A stretch of 64,000 nt of DNA from Bdellovibrionales bacterium (lineage in GTDB: Bacteria > Bdellovibrionota > Bdellovibrionia > Bdellovibrionales > JAGQZY01), in NCBI GenBank assembly GCA_964230645.1, contig CAXRHT010000003.1, positions 64,001-128,000 of the forward strand. Direction: 5' to 3'. How positions within the stretch are numbered: the first letter of the stretch is position 1; each line of letters begins with the position of its first letter. The notes beneath the pieces were generated by a model. The model had not been told where the DNA came from. It worked only from the letters and a program-made list of their open reading frames with translations, and searched no databases. The position numbers and the translations under genes are program-made. Below, one piece after another: positions 20,349 through 29,826 of the stretch.

Positions 20349-21888
20349 GGCGATCTCCAATCTGAGGAAAATCTTTTTGTTTTTGACTTATCTCAAGGCG
20401 ATATTCTTTTTTATTTTCACTTAAATTTTTAATACTAGCTTTGGAATAATCCAAGAACGTGGAGGGAAACAAGCCCATCCAAAATATCATAACGATGAGA
20501 GGAGCCACCGTTAATATCTCTCTTAAATTCAAATCCTTCATATCTTTGTGAGCTCTAACAGTCTCCCCTTCCTCTCCAAAGAAGACTTTTTTGACCATCC
20601 AAAGCATATAAGCCGCTCCGAGGATCACACCAAGAACAGCTAAGCTCCCAAAAATAGGACTATAGTTCCAAGTTCCTAACAAGATGAGAAACTCACCAAT
20701 AAAGCCATTTGTCATCGGTACAGCGATACTCGAGAAGGTTACGATAAGAAAGCAGATGGCATATATTGGTAAGGCCTTTGCTAGTCCTCCGTATTCAGCG
20801 ATTTTACGAGAGTGAGTTCTTTCGTAAATCACACCCACAAGAAGGAACAGGGCCCCTGTACTAACACCGTGGGCTAGCATTTGGAAAAGAGAGCCTTCTA
20901 AACCATACACGTTCATAGCAAAAAGACCCAAAATCACATAACCCATATGAGAGACCGATGAATAGGCCACCAGCTTTTTCATATCCACTTGAACCATGGC
21001 CACTAGGGCACCATAAATAATTCCAATAATTCCTAGAATCATAAAAGCGGGTGTCCATGCATCAACCGCTTGCGGAAACATTGGTAAGACAAATCGAAGA
21101 AAACCGTAGGTTCCCATTTTTAACATGACCCCTGCTAAAATCATCGATCCACCAGTCGGGGCTTGCACGTGGGCATCGGGTAACCATGTATGAAATGGAA
21201 ACATAGGAACTTTGATAGCAAATGCGAGGCAAAAAACAAAAAACAGGGCCGCCTGGGGACTGATCATCCCCCCTTGAATATAGGGAAGACGTAAGCGGTA
21301 GAAGTCTAGAACGCTGGCGCTGAGCTCACCTAACTGCAAATCACATTGAAAAACCAAATAAATGATTCCAGCGAGCATCAATAAGGACCCAAACATTGTG
21401 TAAATAAAGAACTTCATTGTTGCGTAAATTCTGTTCTCCCCTCCCCAAATTCCAACAATAAAGTACATGGGGATTAAAGAGAGTTCGAAAAAGATATAAA
21501 ATAGAATAGTATCGAAGGCTAAAAACGATCCGATCATCGCCGCTTCTAAAACGAGCATAGATATATGGAAAGCTTTCACCTGTTTATTGATTGTAGACCA
21601 ACTGCCGGCAACAACAATTGGAGTTAAGAATGTTGTTAAAAGAACCAGCCAAAACGAAATTCCATCAATGGCCAAAAAATAACTAACACCGAGCTCTGGC
21701 ATCCAGGGAATCTTTTCCACCAATTGCAGTTGGCTGGTGGAGGGATCAAAGTGCTTAAACAATAATAAAGAAAAAAGAAAATGTATTCCTGTAGAAACCA
21801 AGGTGATAGGCTTTGCATAGTTCTTTGGAGCCAGGGCTACAAGTAAGACGAAAAATAGTGGTAAAAATACGAGTGCGCTTAATAACAT
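20338..21888 (-). CDS. nuoM: NADH-quinone oxidoreductase subunit M
   Basis: IKVPMFPFHTWLPDAHVQAPT, LKMGTYG, DMKKLVAYSSVSHMG. Confidence 0.96.
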   Translation of the reverse strand: MLLSALVFLPLFFVLLVALAPKNYAKPITLVSTGIHFLFSLLLFKHFDPSTSQLQLVEKIPWMPELGVSYFLAIDGISFWLVLLTTFLTPIVVAGSWSTINKQVKAFHISMLVLEAAMIGSFLAFDTILFYIFFELSLIPMYFIVGIWGGENRIYATMKFFIYTMFGSLLMLAGIIYLVFQCDLQLGELSASVLDFYRLRLPYIQGGMISPQAALFFVFCLAFAIKVPMFPFHTWLPDAHVQAPTGGSMILAGVMLKMGTYGFLRFVLPMFPQAVDAWTPAFMILGIIGIIYGALVAMVQVDMKKLVAYSSVSHMGYVILGLFAMNVYGLEGSLFQMLAHGVSTGALFLLVGVIYERTHSRKIAEYGGLAKALPIYAICFLIVTFSSIAVPMTNGFIGEFLILLGTWNYSPIFGSLAVLGVILGAAYMLWMVKKVFFGEEGETVRAHKDMKDLNLREILTVAPLIVMIFWMGLFPSTFLDYSKASIKNLSENKKEYRLEISQKQKDFPQIGDRREL

Positions 21889-21892
21889 TGTC

Positions 21893-23815
21893 TCACCTTC
21901 CCATTAAAAACCAGAGACTAAAAAATAGACCAATTAAGATATAGAGAGCGTACATTTGTAGATTCCCTGATTGAACCATCTTTAGGCCACCGCCAGCATT
22001 TTTAACCATATCTGATATTGTATAAGTGAACTGATCGATGACTTTTACATCCACTTTGGACCACAGAAAACGACTGCCACGAATAAGAGGATTGATTAAA
22101 GTTTTAAAGTAAGCCTCATCCACCCAATATTTATTTAACAACAATTGATGGAGGGGTTTCATTGTTTTTGCGTTCTTCTCGGCCGTCTCAGGCTTTACAA
22201 CATAGAGATAATAGGCGGCAAGAGAACTAAGGCCAACAAGAGCAAGCGTGATTCCCATCAATGAAAACTCGATTAAAAGGTCATTTGACCCATGGGGCAT
22301 TTTGAACTCAGCCATCAAGGGATGGATCCAGTCCTCTAGGAAATTATGAGGATGCCCTGGAATAATAGTGCTCAGACCGTGAGGGATACACAACCAACCC
22401 GCGAAAACAGACAAGAACGCTAGGACGACCAACGGAATTGTCATTGACGTGGGTGATTCATGAGGATGAACATCGTCAGGAACTCGTGATTTCCCCCAAA
22501 AAGTCATAGCCATCAAGCGAGTCATATAAAAAGCTGTCATTAAAGCGGCTATGAAGCCAACAAACCACAGTAAGAAGTGACCTCTGGGTGAGTGAAAGGC
22601 CATCCACAAAATTTCATCTTTAGAAAAGAACCCTGAAAAAAGAGGGGCTCCGATGATGGCCAACCAACCCATCACGAATGTCCAATGAGTGATCGGCATT
22701 TGTTTTTTTAACCCACCCATTTTCCTCATGTCCTGTTCTTCATGCATGGCATGGATCACAGAACCCGAACCCAAGAACATGAGCGCCTTGAAAAAAGCAT
22801 GAGTCATTAGGTGCGCCAATCCCGCACCAAAGGCTCCAACACCCACAGCAAGAAACATATAGCCTAGCTGAGAGACTGTCGAATAAGCTAAAACTTTTTT
22901 GATATCATTTTGAACAATTCCAATGCTTGCGGCCATCAAAGCTGTCAAAGCACCTACAATTGCCACGACCATCATGGCGTTAGGTGCACTCAAGAAAAGA
23001 GGATTAAGCCGGATGATCATATAAACACCGGCCGTTACCATTGTGGCGGCGTGAATAAGTGCCGAAACAGGTGTAGGACCTGCCATAGCATCGGGTAGCC
23101 ATACATAAAGAGGGATTTGTGCCGATTTACCCATGGCACCTATAAATAAAAACAGACAAGCTAACGTGACGGGTGAAGTCCAAAGTTGGGAAGGCGTTGC
23201 GGGAACAAGATTAGCGATCTCAGTAAATGAAACGGTCCCGAAAAGTCCAAACAGGGTGAAAATACCTAAAAGGAAACCGGCATCACCAATTCTATTTGTA
23301 ATGAAGGCTTTCATACCAGCAGCGGCTTTTTCAGGGTCAGTAAACCAAAATCCAATGAGAAGATAAGAACACAGTCCCACTCCTTCCCATCCAACAAACA
23401 TGACCAGCAGATTGCTGCCCAGAACAAGTAGAAGCATATTGAAAACAAACAGATTAAGATAACTAAAATATTTTGCGGGCCTCTCATCATGATCCATATA
23501 TCCAACACTAAACAAATGGATAAGAAAACCGACCCCAGTGATAATCAGAGTCATCACCATAGAAAGAGGATCTATAGTAAAGGCCATGGGAGCTGAAAAC
23601 TCTCCTACTTGGATCCAATGAAACAGCAAAACTTCGATGGATCTTTCATCAACTGGTAAATTTATGAGTTTGAAAAAGTAAAAAAGGGCCGATAAAAATG
23701 AAATAGCCATGGCTGAGCAGGCAATCCCACCAGCGACTTTTATATTCTTACTTCTAAATCGAAAACCATTTATGAGAAATCCAAGAAGGGGTGGAAATAA
23801 AAGAGCGTAAAACAT
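21893..23815 (-). CDS. nuoL: NADH-quinone oxidoreductase subunit L
   Basis: GKSAQIPLYVWLPDAMAGPTPVSALIHAATMV, HAFFKA. Confidence 0.97.
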   Translation of the reverse strand: MFYALLFPPLLGFLINGFRFRSKNIKVAGGIACSAMAISFLSALFYFFKLINLPVDERSIEVLLFHWIQVGEFSAPMAFTIDPLSMVMTLIITGVGFLIHLFSVGYMDHDERPAKYFSYLNLFVFNMLLLVLGSNLLVMFVGWEGVGLCSYLLIGFWFTDPEKAAAGMKAFITNRIGDAGFLLGIFTLFGLFGTVSFTEIANLVPATPSQLWTSPVTLACLFLFIGAMGKSAQIPLYVWLPDAMAGPTPVSALIHAATMVTAGVYMIIRLNPLFLSAPNAMMVVAIVGALTALMAASIGIVQNDIKKVLAYSTVSQLGYMFLAVGVGAFGAGLAHLMTHAFFKALMFLGSGSVIHAMHEEQDMRKMGGLKKQMPITHWTFVMGWLAIIGAPLFSGFFSKDEILWMAFHSPRGHFLLWFVGFIAALMTAFYMTRLMAMTFWGKSRVPDDVHPHESPTSMTIPLVVLAFLSVFAGWLCIPHGLSTIIPGHPHNFLEDWIHPLMAEFKMPHGSNDLLIEFSLMGITLALVGLSSLAAYYLYVVKPETAEKNAKTMKPLHQLLLNKYWVDEAYFKTLINPLIRGSRFLWSKVDVKVIDQFTYTISDMVKNAGGGLKMVQSGNLQMYALYILIGLFFSLWFLMGR

Positions 23816-23823
23816 AATGGGCC

Positions 23824-24144
23824 CTATCCTTTAAGATGCTCGAAGAAACGTATATTCAGTTCGTGGAAATTTTTAAAAAGTGTTACCACAAGTGCCAACC
23901 CAACAGCGGCTTCAGCAGCTGCCACCGCGATGACAAATAAGGTAATCACAGCTCCATTGGCGTCATTTAAATAGTAGCCGAAAGTTACAAAGGTGAGATT
24001 GACGGCATTCAACATCAATTCAATCGACATTAAAATAACGATAATATTTTTTCTAAGTAAAACCCCTAAGAGGCCAATAGTAAAAAGTATGCCCGAAACA
24101 AGAAGATAATGCCCAAGTCCTGGCATAAGCAAATTATTCAGCAT
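23824..24144 (-). CDS. nuoK: NADH-quinone oxidoreductase subunit K
   Basis: SIELMLNAVN, AVAAAEAAVGLA; start trimmed to the ATG after GGAGG. Confidence 0.95.
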   Translation of the reverse strand: MLNNLLMPGLGHYLLVSGILFTIGLLGVLLRKNIIVILMSIELMLNAVNLTFVTFGYYLNDANGAVITLFVIAVAAAEAAVGLALVVTLFKNFHELNIRFFEHLKG

Positions 24145-24658
24145 GAGTACCTCCACGTATTCTTGATAAGGCCACCGTACCAATAGGGATGACTAATAAT
24201 AAAAGCCCTAGAACCTCGAATAAAAAAACATAGTCCGTAAAAATAATCTTAGATAGATTTCTTACTTCAAATTGTGGAGCACTCTTATCAGGCACTAGGT
24301 ACCCGAAGCGATCTATTTGAAAAAAGATCTGGAAAACAACAAAACCAAAAAAACCTCCCGCAAACAAAACCTTAAGTCCTGAGGAGAAAGTCCCATAGGA
24401 AAACACCTGCTTTCCTTCTGTTTTCATGTCAAAAATCATGACCACGAACAAGAATAGAATAACGACAGCGCCCGCATAAACCAAAATTTGCACCATCGCT
24501 ACAAAGGGAGCACTTAGATTAAAGAAGAGACCTGAAACTCCAACCATGACAGAAACAAGCCATAACACACTTTTTACTGGGTTCGAGCTCGAGAAAACCA
24601 TTAAGGCAGAGACGATACTGATTCCTGAGAAAATATAAAAAGTTAACGCTTGGGTCAC
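24134..24658 (-). CDS. nuoJ: NADH-quinone oxidoreductase subunit J
   Basis: NPVKS, QILVYAGAVVILFLFVVM, FEV..LLL. Confidence 0.95.
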   Translation of the reverse strand: MTQALTFYIFSGISIVSALMVFSSSNPVKSVLWLVSVMVGVSGLFFNLSAPFVAMVQILVYAGAVVILFLFVVMIFDMKTEGKQVFSYGTFSSGLKVLFAGGFFGFVVFQIFFQIDRFGYLVPDKSAPQFEVRNLSKIIFTDYVFLFEVLGLLLLVIPIGTVALSRIRGGTHAE

Positions 24659-25776
24659 GCGGCACCTCCAAATGAATTAAAAGCTACGACCACGACGGCT
24701 GTGAGGATCGTGTTAAATAACGCCCAGGGAAGCATTGTTTTCCAACCTAGATCCATCAATTGATCGTAGCGAAAACGAGGCAAGGTCCATCGGACCCAAA
24801 TAAATATCCATAGAAATAACAAAACTTTTCCCATAAACACTAAATGCATAATCATTGAGTACATAAAAGAAGAGGAAACGGAATCCTTAATCCAAGCGGA
24901 CCCAAAAGGTAGGTCCCAACCGCCAAAATAAAATGTGGCAAGGAGACCGGAGGCCACCATCATATGCCCGTACTCTCCGATGTAGAACATCAACATTTTA
25001 AGTCCACCATATTCGGTATGATACCCGGCTACCAATTCTGCCTCCGCCTCCGGCAAATCAAAGGGGGCTCTATTAGTTTCAGCAAAAGTAGCCACAAAAA
25101 ACAGAATAAATCCTAAAGGCTGATAAAAAATCCCCCAGTTAGGTAGAAAATCGACGACGATCTGTTTACCAAAAAGGACAAATCTCAGCGGACCTTGTTG
25201 GGCTTCAACCATTTCTGCAAAAGAAAAGGTTCCATAAATCATAAGGATTCCCACTAAAGAAAGTCCTAATGCCAATTCATAGCTAATCATTTGTGCACTG
25301 GCGCGAAGAGCCCCCATCAAGGAATACTTATTTCCAGAACCCCATCCGGCAAAAAGAAGGGCGTAAGCCCCTAGAGAGGAAACGGCTAAAACAAAAACAA
25401 TGCCGGCACCAAATTGAAAACTTTGAAAAACGAAATCAAATTCCTCTCCTCCAAACTCCAGGGAAAACGGGGCTGAGAGTGGTATTGAACCAAAGGCTAA
25501 AGCTCCCGGTATTAGCGCTACAACAGGAGCGGCATAATACATAAAGGCAACACTTTTAGGGGGTCTAAACTCCTCTTTAAATAGAAATTTAACAGCATCG
25601 GCGAGCAACTGAGTTAGGCCTAGTGGACCCACACGATTGGGGCCAAAACGGTTTTGGATAAAGGCCGAGCCACGTCTTTCCACCCAAACAAGAATTGGAA
25701 CCAGTTGGACCATTAACAAAAAGATAACGATCATCTTTATGAGATTGACTGTAATTTCAAAGGCTGATGCTCCCAT
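24655..25776 (-). CDS. nuoH: NADH-quinone oxidoreductase subunit H
   Basis: ERR...Q.R.GPNRVGP, AQMISYE, ETNRAPFDLPEAEAELVAG, LPRFRYDQLM; TAATG coupling with nuoA. Confidence 0.96.
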   Translation of the reverse strand: MGASAFEITVNLIKMIVIFLLMVQLVPILVWVERRGSAFIQNRFGPNRVGPLGLTQLLADAVKFLFKEEFRPPKSVAFMYYAAPVVALIPGALAFGSIPLSAPFSLEFGGEEFDFVFQSFQFGAGIVFVLAVSSLGAYALLFAGWGSGNKYSLMGALRASAQMISYELALGLSLVGILMIYGTFSFAEMVEAQQGPLRFVLFGKQIVVDFLPNWGIFYQPLGFILFFVATFAETNRAPFDLPEAEAELVAGYHTEYGGLKMLMFYIGEYGHMMVASGLLATFYFGGWDLPFGSAWIKDSVSSSFMYSMIMHLVFMGKVLLFLWIFIWVRWTLPRFRYDQLMDLGWKTMLPWALFNTILTAVVVVAFNSFGGAA

Positions 25777-26153
25777 TAGTCCCACTCCAACGCTTTTGAT
25801 TTAATTTCCCAAACAAGACCGAATAGAAAAAGAGCGATAAAAACAAACATCACCCAAAAAATGTAAGCACCATGGCCAGCGGCGATAAATTCTTTATAGG
25901 TTAGCGCCCACGGATACATAAAAAGAATTTCGACATCGAAAACAATAAACAATATGGCTGTTAAATAGTAGCGAACAGAAACATTGGTTTTATCAGCTTC
26001 AGTTCCCGGGAGGCCACATTCATAGGGCATATATTTTGTTTTCGTATAATGTTGTTTCGGTCCTAAGATCGACGAAACATAGACTAAGAGACTACCAAAA
26101 GTCGCCACTATTAAAGTGAGGACCAATACCGGAGCAATCGTTTCCATAACCAC
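25776..26153 (-). CDS. nuoA: NADH-quinone oxidoreductase subunit A
   Basis: PYECG, YYLTAILFIVFDVE, ALEW. Confidence 0.95.
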   Translation of the reverse strand: MVMETIAPVLVLTLIVATFGSLLVYVSSILGPKQHYTKTKYMPYECGLPGTEADKTNVSVRYYLTAILFIVFDVEILFMYPWALTYKEFIAAGHGAYIFWVMFVFIALFLFGLVWEIKSKALEWD

Positions 26154-26295
26154 ATCCTAGTTCGCATAAACCATTGAAATATCTATACACTGAGATAGCT
26201 TTTGTCTCCAGCATCCTAAAGGTGCTGCATAGCATCTTTTCTAGTATTTTCAGGGGCTTCTTTGACAAACGAAGGGGGGCCGCAAATAAAAACCC

Positions 26296-29200
26296 ATGCG
26301 TTCTTATTTGAATGACTTAACCAAAAATAAAGAATCCTTTCATTACTCTGGGACAACCTCCCTCCCGAAAGAACTATTGGCCTTCTACCTTGGCACCAAC
26401 AATCGTCAGATTGGGCCACAACTGGTCATTACAGAAAGTTTAGAGAGCGCTAAAGCCTTCAATCAGCACTTTAAGTTCTGGGGAAAAAAATCGGCACTCA
26501 TTCTGCCTCCTTTTGATCCCTCTCCTTTTGCTGGAGTACAACTCAGCTTTTTCCAAGTGCAAGAACGACTTTCCTGGCTTTTTAAAGCATTTAATGAAAA
26601 CGAGAATCATGTTTTTGTTGCGCCTATTCTTGGGCTTCTTCAAAAAACTCTTCCGTTAGAAACTTTTTTTTCGAATACCTTTGAATTATCTGTAGGAGAT
26701 CAGCTTCCCGATAACTTTTTTGAGACTCTTTATCAGTTGGGCTATCTTAGTAGTCCTATCGTCGAAGACCGTGGTCACTTTGCCAATCGCGGAGGAATCG
26801 TCGATATTTATTCTCCCCAGATGCTCCATCCTGTTCGAATCGAACTCTTTGATGATGAAATAGAAAGTCTTAGAACTTTTGACTCCCAGAATCAGCGAAC
26901 CATCGATCAAATTGAACGTCTGGCCGTTGCTCCGGCAAGAGAAGTGATTTTGAATCATAGAAACGCTCTCAAAGCCAGTCAGACTTTCTTAAAATTTAAA
27001 GATCCAGAGCTGCAAAGCTTGGCAAACCATTTACGCAGAGAAGAGTACTGTGAAAATCTCGAATATTATTTACCACTGTTTTATGAAAAACCATCAGCAC
27101 CTATTGATTACTTCCAAAAGGCTCCAACAGTTTGGATGATCGATGAGCTCAATATCGAAACCTATAGGCAGAAAGAGTTTTCGGTCTTTGAAAACTTTTA
27201 CGATCCGGATCGGCACCCTGTTTCTCCTAATGAACTGTTTTTTGATTTTTTAGAAACAAAAAATAAGTTCGAAAAACTCTTTAGCTTAGAAAAGATTAAC
27301 ATCATTGATAGCGCTGATGACCTGCAAGAAAAGAAAATCGAAATTGCTTCTCAGAATATTCGCGCCCCAAAAGAAAATAAACTCAATGAGAAAATGAATG
27401 CTCTTTCTGAATCGTTGAAAAAATGGCCTAAGAATTCTTTGCGAATTTTCACAACTAAAAGTGAATCCCAATATCAACGATTAAAACTTTTTCTCGAAAA
27501 TTTTGATTATCAATGCGAACTTCACGATCAAATTCCTGATAATTGGGAAACCTTTTTCTTAAATGATAACCGACGCTCGCTTCACTTTTTTAAAGCCAAA
27601 ATTCCAGAAAGTTTCGCTTTACCCTCCGAAGATATTGTCGTTTACAGTTTAGATCATTTTCTTGGGAAGTCAGTTCAGAAAAAATCGTCAAGAAAAGCGA
27701 CGAACAGAGCTAAGCATCTTAGCTTTGGAGAATTAAAAGAAGGGGATTACATTATCCATGCTGTGCATGGAGTTTGTCAGTTCAAAGGGCTCATTAAAAT
27801 GCCTGTCGCTGGTGTGGAAGCAGAATTTCTACAGCTTGAATTTAAAGATAAAGATAAACTTTTTCTTCCTATTTATAGAATACATCAAATACACAAGTAT
27901 TCCTCGGAAAAGATTAAGCCGTCGTTGGACAAATTAGGTGGGTCTCGTTTTGCTAATATAAAAACGAAAACCAAAAAAAGGTTAAGGGAGCTAGCACACG
28001 ATCTCATAAAACTATACGCTCAAAGAAGCCAGAGCACGAGAGAACCTTATGACCTTAATACTGACGATATTTCAGACTTTTTTTCTGCCTTTCCTTACCA
28101 AGAAACCGAGGACCAAGCCTCGGCCATTGATAACGTCGTTCAAGACTTATCTTCCAATAAACCCATGGATCGTCTGATATGTGGAGACGTTGGTTTTGGT
28201 AAAACAGAAGTAGCTATGAGAGCGGCGTTCATGGCAGTGGCAAATAAAAAACAGGTAGCTGTTTTAGCCCCAACAACTGTCTTAACTATGCAGCATTTTG
28301 AAACCTTCAAAAAAAGATTTGCTGATTGGCCCGTAAAAATCAGAGTCGCTAACCGCTTGAAAACTTCAACCCAGGTTAAAAAAACTTTAGAAGAAACCAA
28401 GCAAGGTGAGGTTGATATATTGATAGGAACCCATCGACTGCTTAGTAAAGATGTCGATTTTAAAAATTTAGGCCTACTCGTAATAGATGAAGAGCAAAAG
28501 TTTGGTGTTAAACACAAAGAAAAAATTAGAAAACTAAAAATCAATGTAGACACCGTGGCTTTATCAGCAACACCCATTCCAAGAACTCTCAATATGAGCC
28601 TACTCAACATTAGGGATTTAAGTCTCATTAACACGGCTCCTGTTGACCGACTTGAAGTTCGCACCTTTATCTGTCGCTTTAATAAAGAAATTATCAAGAG
28701 AGCGATTGAGACCGAACTAGAAAGAGGTGGGCAGGTTTTCTTTTTACATAATCGTGTTCAAAGTATTTACTCAGTGGCTGAAGAAATTCGACAGCTACTT
28801 CCTTCCGTACCCGTTGGTGTGGGACACGGGCAATTGAAAGAAAAAGAACTCGAAAGTGTTATGATGAGCTTTTTCAATAATGATCTGAAAGTTTTAGTGG
28901 CTTCAGCTATTGTTGAATCTGGTGTAGATATACCAAATGCAAATACTATTTTGATTAACAACGCTGATAATTTTGGACTCAGTCAACTCTATCAGCTTCG
29001 GGGACGAGTGGGTCGTAGCGGACGCAGAGCCTACTGCTACCTTTTAACCGAACCCAACAAAAAGCTCACTGACATCGCAAAAGAAAGACTTAAAGTCATC
29101 CAGGAAAATACGGCTTTGGGAAGTGGAATGCAAATTGCCCAGTATGACCTTGAATTAAGGGGGGCCGGAACCCTTCTTGGAGAAGAACAATCCGGTCTTA

Positions 29201-29718
29201 TCGACAATGTGGGTTATGAGTTCTACATGGAGCTTCTCGATGAAGCCATTAAAGAGGCCAAAGGTGAAAAGTCAGTAGAAACTGTGGAACCTGAAATTAA
29301 CCTAAAAATTAAAGCATTTATTCCAAGTACTTACATTTCTAATATTCGACTAAGACTCTCTTACTATCGAGCTCTTACACAGATCGAATCTCCCTCGGAT
29401 ATAGATGATTTAGAGGATGAACTCACCGATCAGTTTGGAAAACCACCAGAGGAGGTCATTAACCTTCTTGGTATCATGTTAATTCGATATCTCTGTATCC
29501 AGTTGGGTGTAAAAGATATTTCGAGTGGTAAAGAAAGTCTTGTTCTATCCTTCACAGACAACACTCCACTTCCACCATCTAAGGTGATTGAGCTTACAAG
29601 CCAAACAAATAAAAAATACAGCATCACGCCTGATAATCGCCTAAAAATTAGAATGAAAGATTTAAACTGGCCAAGAGTCCATGAAGAGGTGGAACTCTTA
29701 CTCAAATTTTGCCCCTAA
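26296..29718 (+). CDS. mfd: Transcription-repair coupling factor Mfd
   Basis: UvrB-homology N-terminus, CarD-like domain, GDVGFGKTEVA, DEEQKFG, QLRGRVGRS, TRCF C-terminal domain. Confidence 0.97.
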   Translation: MRSYLNDLTKNKESFHYSGTTSLPKELLAFYLGTNNRQIGPQLVITESLESAKAFNQHFKFWGKKSALILPPFDPSPFAGVQLSFFQVQERLSWLFKAFNENENHVFVAPILGLLQKTLPLETFFSNTFELSVGDQLPDNFFETLYQLGYLSSPIVEDRGHFANRGGIVDIYSPQMLHPVRIELFDDEIESLRTFDSQNQRTIDQIERLAVAPAREVILNHRNALKASQTFLKFKDPELQSLANHLRREEYCENLEYYLPLFYEKPSAPIDYFQKAPTVWMIDELNIETYRQKEFSVFENFYDPDRHPVSPNELFFDFLETKNKFEKLFSLEKINIIDSADDLQEKKIEIASQNIRAPKENKLNEKMNALSESLKKWPKNSLRIFTTKSESQYQRLKLFLENFDYQCELHDQIPDNWETFFLNDNRRSLHFFKAKIPESFALPSEDIVVYSLDHFLGKSVQKKSSRKATNRAKHLSFGELKEGDYIIHAVHGVCQFKGLIKMPVAGVEAEFLQLEFKDKDKLFLPIYRIHQIHKYSSEKIKPSLDKLGGSRFANIKTKTKKRLRELAHDLIKLYAQRSQSTREPYDLNTDDISDFFSAFPYQETEDQASAIDNVVQDLSSNKPMDRLICGDVGFGKTEVAMRAAFMAVANKKQVAVLAPTTVLTMQHFETFKKRFADWPVKIRVANRLKTSTQVKKTLEETKQGEVDILIGTHRLLSKDVDFKNLGLLVIDEEQKFGVKHKEKIRKLKINVDTVALSATPIPRTLNMSLLNIRDLSLINTAPVDRLEVRTFICRFNKEIIKRAIETELERGGQVFFLHNRVQSIYSVAEEIRQLLPSVPVGVGHGQLKEKELESVMMSFFNNDLKVLVASAIVESGVDIPNANTILINNADNFGLSQLYQLRGRVGRSGRRAYCYLLTEPNKKLTDIAKERLKVIQENTALGSGMQIAQYDLELRGAGTLLGEEQSGLIDNVGYEFYMELLDEAIKEAKGEKSVETVEPEINLKIKAFIPSTYISNIRLRLSYYRALTQIESPSDIDDLEDELTDQFGKPPEEVINLLGIMLIRYLCIQLGVKDISSGKESLVLSFTDNTPLPPSKVIELTSQTNKKYSITPDNRLKIRMKDLNWPRVHEEVELLLKFCP

Positions 29719-29826
29719 AAATCTTCAATTCAAAATGATTTCCTCCTAAATTCATAGCCAGGACCAATAGCTTATAAGGGTCGAGGCTTGTAGGAATCCG
29801 GGTTTTTGTAGTGCTAAAATATTGGG

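Noticed and set aside
28140..28697. Long antisense ORFs (185 aa in mfd; similar ones in ligA, lon, atp, nuo and recF/gyrB)
   Set aside because: Shadow frames of well-conserved genes with no recognisable motifs or ribosome-binding sites.
29809..29818. CIRCE (HrcA) element
   Set aside because: Only a partial right half (AGTGCTAA); no TTAGCACTC left arm. Better explained as an extended -10 of nagZ.
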